64,000 bases of DNA from NCBI GenBank assembly GCA_976551045.1, contig CDPCPM010000060.1, positions 3,658,001 through 3,722,000 of the forward strand, written 5' to 3'. Under the pieces are notes generated by a model, which saw nothing but the letters and a program-made list of their open reading frames with translations, did no database searches and was not told the origin of the DNA. The position numbers and the translations under genes are program-made. This stretch comes from Glaucostegus cemiculus. Its lineage: Eukaryota. Of the stretch, positions 27,744 to 39,361 are shown in pieces. Numbering within the stretch: the stretch's first letter is position 1; each line of letters begins with the position of its first letter.

Positions 27744-28669
27744 ATATGAGTTGACACTATTTTGAGAAGGAAGATTTGAATGATCATCTTATCCTGCAGA
27801 CATCTCTCCGTATTATCAAAACCTTCTGGAATCATGGGCTGACGTGGTCACAAACTGGGGAAATGCAAAGAGGACCTTTTGGACTTCAGTCATTAATGAG
27901 TATGCATCAATCAGTCAGGTTACTATCCCTAATAACTCATGTTTTATGTTACTGGACATTAATCACTTAAAGAGATAATGTCAAACTGATTTATTGGTCT
28001 TGACCTGCCAGTTACTAAGAAGTGGATCAGGCAGAAATGGATATCTATGTGCATTAAATTACATAGATGTTGCTCATTGGCCAGAACTTAAACAATTAGC
28101 ATTATTCATTAAGATACTTTTACAGATGAAATATAGTTTCCTTTGGAATAACTATGGTGCACATAATAATCTGTGACAAAGAACAACCTAGGTAATGTAT
28201 TTCAGGGAACTTCACCCCAGAAACTTAACGTTGGTGATGTTGTTCAACATAAGTTGAAAACATGTAAATAATATTTCTTTGACCAGTGTTTTAATTTATA
28301 CTAACTCAGTTATTTTAAATGGCAAACCATGGAAGGTCATGCAAAGGCATAAAACATATATTGATCAATGTTGACAATAATAGTTTCTGGAATCTCTTCT
28401 TGCATGGCAATATATTTGATTATTGTATGTCTAGAAGTTGACTTGATCATTAAAAATAAAGCATTCATATTTATTGCTGTTGAAGAACCTAGAGCATCTT
28501 GGACAGTAACCCTGATACCAGTATATTTCTCAAATGTTAACGAAAGAAAGAACATGCCATTTTCATAGCTTTAGCTACAGTCTTAAGATTACACAAAACA
28601 CCTTTACACTAAATGGATTTTTTTGGAATTTGCATCATTATTATACAGGCAAATGCAGGAGTCACTTAT

Positions 28670-28870
28670 TTAAAGGGAGGCATGTCGATCAGGATACTGA
28701 GGGAACTAGCTGTTTCCTTTCAAATAATGCCATGAGTACACCTACCTACCTGGGTTCAAGATCTCATTCGACGATACAACATTTCTTCAGCATGGCACTG
28801 AAATTGCTGAGACATGAACTTAAGAGTTGCTTGTGGAGCATGCTATCAATTAAGGCAAGCTGACACTTAA
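28670..28870 (-). mobile_element. Highly decayed Deu-domain SINE
   Basis: caggatactgagggaactagctgtttcctttcaaataatgccatg...cttcagcatggcactgaa. Confidence 0.45.
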
Positions 28871-30769
28871 AGGCCACAGCTTAAAATTTTCTTTGATGAT
28901 GTGCTGTAATTTAGAAAAAAGATTGGGAAAGCCCCTGAGGAAACTCTGTGGCATTTATCTGGAGAGGATTTGAGAGAGATCAGGCAAGCTCAGTGGAAAC
29001 TGTATCCCTGTAGTACACAATGTACGAAGATGAAATTTCATCAGTAGTTTCTCTTCCATGAATTTTCCAAATATTTAGACCAAGCAGGTCTTTGAGAAGG
29101 TTGGAAGGTGTTTGTAAGACCGCTGTGTTAATTTAATTTTTATTGGCTTGAAAACGCAGCTTACTTAGAATGAAGACAGAGTCTCTCTGTATTTAATAAG
29201 CAGCCATATGGTAATGGTGTGTTTCATTATAAGATAATGTGTCACTAGTTTGAGCATAACCGGTAGGGTGGGGTTAAGGCTCGCTTTATCGCTTGTACCA
29301 TACCCTTTTATGGTTTTCAAAGCTACATTACAGTCTGTTTAAAAGTATTTCATAGCTTAGTGTGTACCATTCATTCCTGTGTGGGACCTTTTATAGCATT
29401 GCTTTTTGAAGACCATTCCATGTGGGACCATACTAATATATTTTGAAGGCAAGTAAATTTGCATTTATTGATAAAATGTAGTTTAAAAATTGATGGATTC
29501 TGAGATAAAAAATAACACTGCAAACACTGGAAACCTCAAATAAAGTTGGGAAGTGTCTAAAATGCAGTTGTCATTGAGAAAAAAGTCAGGTTTCTAGCTT
29601 AGGATTGTAGGGAAAACAGCTTTATAGACAGATGCTGCATGAAATGATGAAAGTAAAAATAAATTATAAAATTTAGATATTACTGTTGATAATATTAGCA
29701 GATGATTTCCAATGCATTGTAAAAAGTCCTTTATCAGCTTGTTTAAAAGGAGCATTAACCTTTTTAATATCAATTATGTTTCACATCAAAAAGACATTTG
29801 GTGAGAATAACTGGCCAAATTCTGGAAAACGAAACCCTTGCTTGCGAGGTATATACGAAAGAGCAGTAAAATATTTGCCCGTAATTTCTGATGAATCATC
29901 TGTGTTTGTCATTTCTGTATCCACCATCAGTAATCACAGTGAAGTTGCTGCTTACCTACTGCCCAAGGCTTATTTAATTTTACTTTTTGTTATTGTGAAG
30001 TCACAGTGCTTTTTGATCTTGGGCAAATAATGTTTCTGCAGTATTCTGAAAATCATTTCACTCCATCAGATGGCTTTTCTAATTATAGTCCAGTAAACCT
30101 TAGCGTAGCATACTCTAGCAACGTGAGGAGCAGTTTACATAACAACTACAAGTTCATAAAACTGTCTTGTGGTAGAGTTGACCAAATGTGCATGAATGGC
30201 ATTTCATAGAGCGATAATTCCTCAGGAGGTCAAAAAGGCTCAGTCTTATTTTGGACTATTGGGAATAAAGTAATTGTTGGTCTTTTATAAACAATAGCCT
30301 TTGGATATACAACAAAATCTGTTCAAGATTATGTATAGTGAATAATTTACCTGTTGTAGAGGTGTACACAACTATTATTTAAATACAGCCTTAACTCTCA
30401 TGTAATCATTCATCATTAAAAGCCAATAGTTCTTTGTGGGATAAAGTTCCCTGCTTTCCAAATTAAATAACATATGTTTAAGTTGATCCTACATGTGGTA
30501 CCATACATAAATCCGGTATTAATCAACTTCAATTTTTCCTCCTCTGTGGATGTGATAAATTGGTTTTATATCTGTGGACTTTGCTGATGGTGGTGGACTG
30601 AGCAGATGTATATACACCTCCTGAGAACATTTTTTCTTTTCTGTTTCGCACTTTGTCATTCAGTGCATTGGAGAGGTGAAAAGGAACTTCAGGGCATAGT
30701 TGGTACAAACTTTCTTCATGAGATCTGGAAAAACATTACCAATGCATTTGTCCCACAAAGCAACTTACT

Positions 30770-31062
30770 TAAGATAACTTTATTAGTCACATGTACATCG
30801 AAACACACAATGAAATGCATCTTTTGCGTAGAGTGTTCTGCAGGCAGCCCACGAGTGTCGCCACGATTTCAGTGCCAGCATAGCATGCCCACAACTTCCT
30901 AACCTGTACGTCTTTGGAATGTGGGAGGAAACCAGAGCACCTGGAAGAAACCCATGCAGACACACGGGGAGAACCTACAAACTCTGTAAAGACAGCGGCC
31001 TGTATTGAACCCCAGTTGCCAGCGCTGTAATAGCGTTATGCTAACTGCTACACTACCGTGCC
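30770..31062 (-). mobile_element. tRNA-derived V-SINE, copy 4
   Basis: Full-length reverse complement of the family, from ctttattagtcacatgtacatcg to gctacactaccgtgcc. Confidence 0.92.
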
Positions 31063-31119
31063 TGTGTGGTCCCTTGATGCATCTCATGGAAGGTTTGGTC
31101 TGGCAAGGAAATAAGGGTA

Positions 31120-31500
31120 CTATAGTGTAGTAGTTATATTACCGGAGTATAGCCAGTAGCCTAGACTATAGATGGAGAGCCATGAGTTGGAATTCTACCA
31201 CAGCAGCTGGGGAACTTAAATTCAATTTTAAAAGAAATTGTGTAATTAATTAAGTTTTGAATGAAAAACTAGTTTAAGTAATGGTGACATTGAACTATCA
31301 GATTGTTGTAAAATGCCATCTGGTTCACTAATGACCTCCAGGGAAGAAAATCTGCCATACTTAAGATTCCAGATCCACCACTCTGATTGGCTCTTAATTG
31401 TCCATGGAAAGGCTGAGCAAACCACACATTTCATTTAGGGTGGACAATAAATGCTGGCCTTCCCAATAACATCATTTCTGACAAACTAATGAATGAAAGA
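31120..31500 (+). mobile_element. Older tRNA-SINE of a different family with a LINE-derived tail
   Basis: Head gtgtagtagttatattacc...gagttggaattctacc, body ccatctggttcactaatgacctccagggaagaaaatctgcc, tail caataaatgctggcctt. The same tail is antisense at about 52700 (aaggccagcatttattg). Confidence 0.6.
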
Positions 31501-31562
31501 AACTGTTCCCCTCCTTCACATTTCAAGTTAAAGTAGTAGTCTGGCCACAGTAACATTATCAG

Positions 31563-31666
31563 CAAATTAGAAGTGACCAGGACAATCACAGAGCCTTTCT
31601 ATATATTTATATAGATCCTATTTATTTATTTATTTATTTATCTATCTATCTATCTATCTATCTGCC

Positions 31667-31706
<40 letters not shown>

Positions 31707-31741
31707 GAGGCCCCGTGATTGTCCTGGTCACTTCTAATTTG
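31563..31741. repeat. Perfect 27-bp inverted repeat enclosing (ATTT)n-(ATCT)n-(TA)n
   Basis: caaattagaagtgaccaggacaatcac (31563-31589) is the exact reverse complement of 31715-31741. Confidence 0.95.
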
Positions 31742-33042
31742 ATATCATATGCATAATTGGAATGGTTTAATTGTCCCCATTTCTCTAGTCCCTCGGCTGA
31801 TTTGCACTGGGTAGGAGGGAAATGTAACATACCTTTTAAACAAGAATGTGTTATTTTGTCTTTGCCTATAATCTTGATCAGAAAGCTGCTAAGGTAAAGC
31901 AACTCTGCACCAAATAGAAATATTATATATATTCATTCAGAAAATCTTGAATTTCAGTAAACTATGCATTGAAGAAATTGGGTTGTTGTCAACCTCAGAA
32001 GTGAAATGTACAGGAAACTGCACAATAATGGAAGCTTCTTATTGATGTACTTGATCTCATGATGACTAAAAAACATCCTTGCTGCAAGTATGTTGAAAGA
32101 TGATTTGAAAACTGGAATTTTGAATTGAACGTTAGATAAAATCCCCATTATCAAGACACAGATCTTTCCCCATTCTCTCAGTTAATAATAGAATTTGGTG
32201 CATAATTGAGAGCTTGAAATTTTTGCATGGGGCAGCAATCCCTTAAGTGAATTGCTGATGTTCCATGACATGCAGATTATCTGGGAAGAGCCTAGAAGTG
32301 AAAAACTTTCTTAATGTTTTTGTTTCAGGATACTGATCCAGGATTGCTCCATACTTTTATGTTGTTTCCATATTTCTGTGTTTTCCTCTATTTCCTACAC
32401 AACGAGATTAACTGCATTTTTTCCAAGTGTGAAAGTGAAACTATGCTGATATAGGCAAGGGCTTGAGATGGTGGCTCAGCTTTTTAGTGTGTGTGTGTGG
32501 GGGGGTGGTCCGTCCAAGGGAACTGGAAGGAAGAGAGAAATGGCCTTTGGTTGCAGGCACTAGAAGTGTGAAGGAACATTAGCCAATGATTCTATTCATT
32601 GAAGTCAGTAGAAGGAACATGTGGAAGTCAGGGCAATCAGTGACCAGTTTACTCAGAGTATTAGTAAACAATGATGAATTTCTCACCAGATGTTTCCCAT
32701 GCTGTTGATGAAAATTTGCTGAAAAAATTAAGAACTAAAGGGCCTTAAATATCACCCAAACATTTGATTTGTCATTAATCAACCTTAATTCTGCTTCTCT
32801 CAGTGGATTTGACAAGTCTGCGGTCAGGAAGAGTTGAGAGGACTTTGTGGATGGTTGGTGGGCTGGGACAACATCTGTGCACCTCATGAGAACATTTTGT
32901 TTTTTTTCTTCCTCACAATTAGTTATTGAGCTCCTTACAGAGCAGCTTTGATTTCAACACAGCCTCACTGAGTGCTCACTGTTTATCATTAAATTACACA
33001 TTATTTTCCTTTTTAAAATTTATTCAGAGAAAATGCTTTTCA

Positions 33043-34094
33043 AAAGAAGGACAAGAAGTGGAAACAGGAATAGGCCATACAGCTCCTCAGACTTGCTTCA
33101 CCATTTAATATCATGACTAAGCATCTACAAAATTACTTCCCCATTCAAACCTCATGCCCATTGACTTTCTTAATCTCCAAAACTCCACTGATATCAGCCT
33201 TCAGTGACTGAATATCCTTAGCAGAATGTGATAGAGAATTGCAAAGTTTCACAATGCCCTGAGGAAAGATATTTCTCCTTGCTTCAGTCCCACACAGCTG
33301 ACTCCTTGTCCAGGGTTTACATCCCTATCTCTAAACTCTAGCCATGGGAAACAGCTTCTTAGTGTTTATACTATCAATCTGTCTCAGAATCCTCAGTTTC
33401 ACTAAGATTGCCTCTCGTTCTTTTAATCTCTACTAAGTACAGGTCAACCTTACTCAGACTGTCCTTATAAGATAACCCTGTCATTCCAGCAATCAATCTT
33501 GTAAATCTGATTCACCTCCAAGGTACACATGACCCTCCTTAAGTACAGGGACCAAAACTGCACGTGTTTCAGATGCAGTTTCATCAAACTCATGTAAAAT
33601 TACAGCAAACTTCCTTAATCAAACCTAAATCCCCTTGTAATAAAGGCAAACATATCATTTGCCTTTCTAATTGTTCATACTACCCACATGTTAACTTTAT
33701 GTATTTCTTGAACAAGCATTTGGGATCTCACTGCACACCAGTATTAACTATTTTCTCCCTACTTAAGATATTTTGTTTCTTTATTCTTCTAAAAAAGTGA
33801 ATAACCTTGTGTTTTCTCACATTATATTCCATCCACCTCCTCTTTGCTCACTCATTTAACCCTTTGCACCCTTCCCCAACTGATTTTGTATCATTAAGCT
33901 TGGTTATGTTACACACTCTCTTTTTCATTTAAGTCATTAATTTACTTCATATATAATGATGATCCAGTACTGATCCTGCAACACTCCACTGGTAACAGCC
34001 TGCTGTCCTGTAAATGCCCTGTATATTTCCACTGCACAGTTTTTCTTACTTAACCAATCCTCTATCTGTACTAATAATTACCCCTAACCCCATG
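33043..34094 (-). mobile_element. CR1-type LINE, ~1 kb decayed 3' fragment
   Basis: Begins with tail ggaaacaggaataggccatacagc and contains gtacagggaccaaaactgcac (VQFWS motif on the - strand) and cacattatattccatc. Confidence 0.75.
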
Positions 34095-35629
34095 TGGAAA
34101 TGAAAAGCAGAATGATCAGTTTCCACCTTGATTTGATTCTGGTGTTAGTTCCCTGTCCTTAATTCTTTATTGTAATGGTGTGTAATTCAGTTTTAACAAC
34201 AAAAAAGTATAGAAATCTGTCTATTCTGGTCAAACATGTTTTTTCCCAGTCTAAGTGGAACCGAAGTTCAGTAATATAACAGTGAGAGAAAAGAGCAAAA
34301 TCCTTAATATGTGCAGGGAAGAGATAAAAGTAGAGAGACTTTACGGCAAATCAAATAAATCCAATGAGAGGAAAATCATGGAGACTCACAGAAAGTAGAA
34401 TAGAAAGGAATCACAGATGCCCAGAGAGACTGGAGCAATGAGCACTGCAATAGTCAGTCATTGTGGACTCCCAGAGAGACTGAAATGGATTAAAAATCTC
34501 AGACACTTGAACAGATTAGAATGGAGGATTTGTGACCAGCTAGTTGGAATGATTATTTTCCTTTTTGGAAACCACCCGTGAGTAAATAACATTACAACCA
34601 CAACCTTTGCTATGTGTTCCATTTTGGACTTAAAAGGCCACAACATATTAAAAGAAAACAACAAAAATAAAGATATTTTAAATTCCAACACCAGTTTGTA
34701 TCTGAGAGCATTGATTTATTCAGACAGTTATTTAAATTTCTGACTGATTAATTTTGATTGACAGTTGCCCTAGTGGTTCTGGCAATAGTGGAGGACCACA
34801 GCAGTGAAGTTGTATCAATAGCAGAGCACATGCATGCCTATATCTTAGAAAAAGTTCATATGAATAAAACAAGGTTACATGCGTTATAAAAAAAATGGGT
34901 GGGGGGGGGTTAGGGAGGGAGATGTAGGTAGTGCAAATAAAATAAATGACTTTGAAACAGTAGTAGCTAATATAAAATTAAATCAGCACCCCAGGATCAC
35001 TTGTGTATTCCACTTGCTCAATGGATCTGTGGTTCAGTGTCTCAAAGTAGTTAATGTTTTCCATTCAGTGCCTGTGCTATTTATTCTATCCATTAACTTT
35101 TGTTTAATTTAACACTCTAGAGGGAGGAAGAGGCCCTCCAACTACTGGTGTGACTTTGCTGAGTGATCCCATATTATATAAAAAGACAGGGAAATGGGTG
35201 GCATTCATGTGTGCACAGGAGGGCTTTATTCTCTATCCCTGTGCCGTTGATTTTAATATAACAAGATGTGAAACTGTGGTAGTAGTGCTCCTCTGCTGAG
35301 CACTTGGGCTGTTCTATGTTCTCTGTTAATTGTAAGGGCTTGAACACAGAATCCTTGTGCAGTTCTGGTTTTACTTATCAAACCCAGACCTGCTTCTCTT
35401 CTGCCTGCTGTGCAGTGGCAGCACAGTGCAGCACCAGCTTCTTTTTATTCCATCTCCCCTTGTCGTAAGGATTCCAGCTGTTAGTGCAGGGAAAAGGAGT
35501 CCTCTTTTCTTACTCTCTGCAGCTCCTGACAGGAAAATAGAAATACATAGCAGCAGAGCCACATATTACTTTAAGTTATTGCTGAATTAGCAAGTAACTC
35601 TGATTGTATATCCTCTCACTCCAACTTAA

Positions 35630-35631
<2 letters not shown>

Positions 35632-35666
<35 letters not shown>
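35632..35666. repeat. (AC)17 microsatellite
   Basis: Directly visible. Confidence 0.97.
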
Positions 35667-35667
<1 letters not shown>

Positions 35668-36231
35668 CTATTACTGTTTACAAACCAGGAAGAGAACAGA
35701 TGAAATGATTTATTGGGTTTTATAAAGGGAATGGAAAGGGTACGTTTGCTAATAATGTGACTGGCAGCCTTGCCGCAGCTCTGAGTAGTCCCCTGGGACA
35801 AGCCTTTGTTCCTCTGTACTTGACAGGCATGTGTCTGCTAAATGAGAGCTTAATTTCTCTCATGTGTGCACAATTTCGAAGCTCAACAAAGCAGCCGAAA
35901 CTCCAGCTATTTAAAAACTCCAGATCTGGAGGAAGCATTATTGAGAAGGTGATGCTGAAGGGCTAATTGGTTGATGTGGTTTAGCAGCTGTTTTCAAGGA
36001 GTGTTCCAACACAGAGGGCTACTACACTTGATCTGCATAGCCATATTCCACAAGGAGGAAAAGGCTTTGATGGTTCACTTTAGCAACCAAATCCAGCAAT
36101 ATGTAGACTTAACTTCCCATTGGTCTATTAAATCAAGGATTTCTAATAATTATTTTTGCAAGTGGCCAACTGTCTCATCAATGACCAGTGCCTGTAGTTC
36201 ACATGTATCGTAGGGCATTGAGAACTACATT

Positions 36232-36505
36232 ACAATGTAAAAAGGAAACAATTAGCAAAAGTTAATGTGGGTCCCTTATAGATTGAGAGAAATTATATCA
36301 CAGAAGAAGAAATAGCAAAAGAAGTAAAACAAATATTGACACTAGTTAATCTATGGAATTCTCCAACCAAGAAAACTGTGGAGACTTTGTTGCTAACTGA
36401 AATCAATACAGTGATTGTGAGATGTTTTGGAAACTAGATGAACCAAGGGATATGAGGTGAGGACAGGAAAGTGGTGGTGAGGTAGAAGATCAGCATTAGT
36501 CCATA
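36232..36505 (+). mobile_element. CR1-type LINE remnant, internally deleted
   Basis: gtaaaaaggaaacaattagcaaaagttaatgtgggtccctta (VKRKQLAKVNVGPL, pre-RT region) is joined to gttaatctatggaattct (VNLWNS, C-terminal region) and a 3' UTR. Confidence 0.6.
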
Positions 36506-37349
36506 TAACACCTGCTTATCACTGGAGGCATTCAAAACAACTAGATTATCATGGCCGTTAAAACTCAAATGACAGAATCATCATACTAACTTATTGATTG
36601 TCTATTCACTAATGCCCATTTCAGTAATATCTATCTATTGTCATTCAGGCTCATGCTATATACTCGTAGTTTAAAATCCTAATTCTTTTACTTAATAATT
36701 ATTTTGTAATAAACATGCTGAAATCTTACTGAATTCTCTCAAATACAACTGATTCCTATTGTGCCAAATAAAGTTAAGGCATTTTCAGAATCAAATTAAA
36801 CCTTTGACTTATATGGAACCCATGAGAAACATTTTGTTCCTTATAGCAATGCCTTTGAGAAGGTTCCGAACAGGGCTGAGAACTGACCTTCACCTGTTGA
36901 CTCATGGTTTAAAGGGAATCTGCCTTCATGAAAAGGATTTAGAAAAGCTTTTTTTGGTGGAGAGTGAAAGAATCATAGCCGATAATATTTGTTGCAGACA
37001 ATTTATGAGTTTACAAATAAAAATAAATCACCCTTCTCAATCTAGGATATGGACATATCAGACAGGGTTGGGAGTGGGTGGGAAGGAAGGAAACCAAGGG
37101 TAGGAACAGGGAGGTGGAAGATGAGGGGAAGAAATTAATACCAGCTAATCAAATGCAAATCCACACACACACATACACGCAAAAACAAATCCTTAGCCAC
37201 CCAACAGTTTTGTAGAATGTCATTGATCAGAGACCAGCTGCCAGCACTGGGAAGAGGTAAGCTTAGAGTGAGAGAAATCCTTTACAGAAATTAATCCAAA
37301 AATGTGTAAGCAAACCTTTGCAGGAGCCTGTGCAAATCCAAAAATAAAA

Positions 37350-37562
37350 ACAGATGCTGGAAGTCTGAAATAAAACCAGAAAGTGCTGGAAACACTCAGC
37401 AGGTCAGGCAGCATCTGTAGAAGGAGAAACAGAGTTACCATTTCAGGTTGAAAGGTCTGATGAAAAGTCTTCTGACCTAAAAATCTGTTTCTCTTTTCAC
37501 AGATACTGTATGTGATAAGTTGCTGGACCTGCTGAGTAGATCACGTTATTTGTTTTTTTATC
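37350..37562. mobile_element. Penelope-like terminal repeats, fold-back pair, with hammerhead-like core
   Basis: actcagcaggtc...catctgtagaaggagaaacaga is mirrored by tctgtttctcttttcacagat...gacctgctgagt. CTGATGA lies at 37457-37463. Confidence 0.75.
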
Positions 37563-39054
37563 AGGAGCCCATGCACTTGGACTTCCTCTGATAGCAGAGA
37601 TTTAGAAAAACAATATTTATTGAATTACAGAAAGTGCACTGAACCTTAGAACATTTCTGGCTACAGAAAACTTGTTGTATGGAATTTTGCAATATTTAGC
37701 TTTTCTCTTGAAGATCTCATTTTCCTTTTATGAATTCTTTATTCTATGGTCCAGTCCCAAATGGGCAGATACTCTTATTTTCCCCTTTGTGCATCTAATG
37801 AAATACTAGGCTCCTGTGTTTTGGTTGTTAGTGTCATTAATAATTGTTTAAAACATTAACTTGAAATAAAATTAAACAAAGTAGTGATCCATATATTTGT
37901 TGGCTGTTGCAGTGTTTAGATTTACAAGAAGTGTATTTGGTTTTAAATATCCATCATGAGAGAAAATCTCTCCATTCACTGTTTTACATCAATAGCACAT
38001 GGCAAGGTTGCAGGCCCATGAAATATCGCAAGGAGGCTTTTGTGATAAACCAGAGGCAAAGTGCCTCTCTGTAAAAGAGTACTTTCTGCTAGTCAGTTGC
38101 AGCAGTTCACCAAGTACCAGCTGAAGCAATGAGTGAAGATGGTAGAGGTTGCAATGAGGTGGCTGCTAGAGAGCAGAGATAAATGAGAGAAGTAATATAT
38201 AAATCGATATGCTTTTGGAATAGTTTCCAGTTTAAAATATTGGTAATGTATAACACATTTTACTTTGTTTGGAGTGCATTTTGATGAATACCTCAGTCTA
38301 TTATTGCTATCTATTAGAGAAGTAGTCAATGTACTTATGCCCGATTTTTTTCTCCAGTCTTTTTATTTGCATAATGAAGGTCTGAGTCTTTATTTCATTA
38401 GGTTTCTCGAAGTGCTAGTATATAGGTTATCTCTTATACCAAAGAGATTTACTTAACCTATCTAATTGCCTATTGAGTTGGAGGAAAGCATTTGTGGGAA
38501 GAGAAATTTAGAGTACCTGGCTTTATAACAAAGAAAGTAGCATATTCAGAAATGGGGGATTAAAGTGAACTTTTGCTGCCTCTTTCCATTATTTTAATGG
38601 GAAACACCAACTGTTTGAAGATGGCCACATTCTGTGGCTGGTACTTTTTGAATTCTGAATATTTCTACAGTTTATTTCATGTATACATTGATCTCCTGAA
38701 ATAAATCAAATAAGAGGTAGGCTTTCAGTTTGTTCTCGTTATTTCAGTAACATTATCTGGGAGAGAAACCTTTCTAATGATGTATTTATACAGTGCTTTG
38801 ATAAGGTCTTCACCTCCAAATCATAGAAAGCACAACTCATTTCTACAGTAAGACCTAATTTGGATAAAAAATTCTCACTTAAAACACGAATACCAGAAGA
38901 AATCACCATTTTAAGGAAGGGAGATATTAAATAGGCCAAGCATTGACTTTTGTTTTAAAAGATGCAAGTTACCAGGGCTGTACTAAGTTAGGCTACTATC
39001 TATCCACAAAAATAAGTCTGTGAAAGTAGACATGATTACTGAGCAGAGAGAGAG

Positions 39055-39185
39055 CACAAGGGACTGCAGATGCTGGAATCTGGAGCAACACACAAAAAGC
39101 TATTAGAACTCAGCAGGTCAGGCAGCGTCCATGAAGGGAAATGGACAGTTGACGTTTCAGGTTGAGACTCTTCATCTGGACTCAG
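39055..39185 (-). mobile_element. Penelope-like terminal repeat
   Basis: ctgcagatgctggaatctggagcaac...ctcagcaggtcaggcagc...cagttgacgtttcaggttgagactcttcatctggac. Confidence 0.75.
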
Positions 39186-39328
39186 AGTGGACCCGTCTGA
39201 ACTAGACCAACAGCAGTTAGATGAAGGCAGCAATTAGAGAGGGGATGGGATGGATTGTAAGGCAAAGGGATAGCAAGAGAAAGAAAAAGAAAGATGACTA
39301 AAGCTGTAACAGAGGTAGTGAGGGGACT

Positions 39329-39330
<2 letters not shown>

Positions 39331-39360
<30 letters not shown>
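39331..39360. repeat. (AG)15 microsatellite
   Basis: Directly visible. Confidence 0.97.
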
Positions 39361-39361
<1 letters not shown>

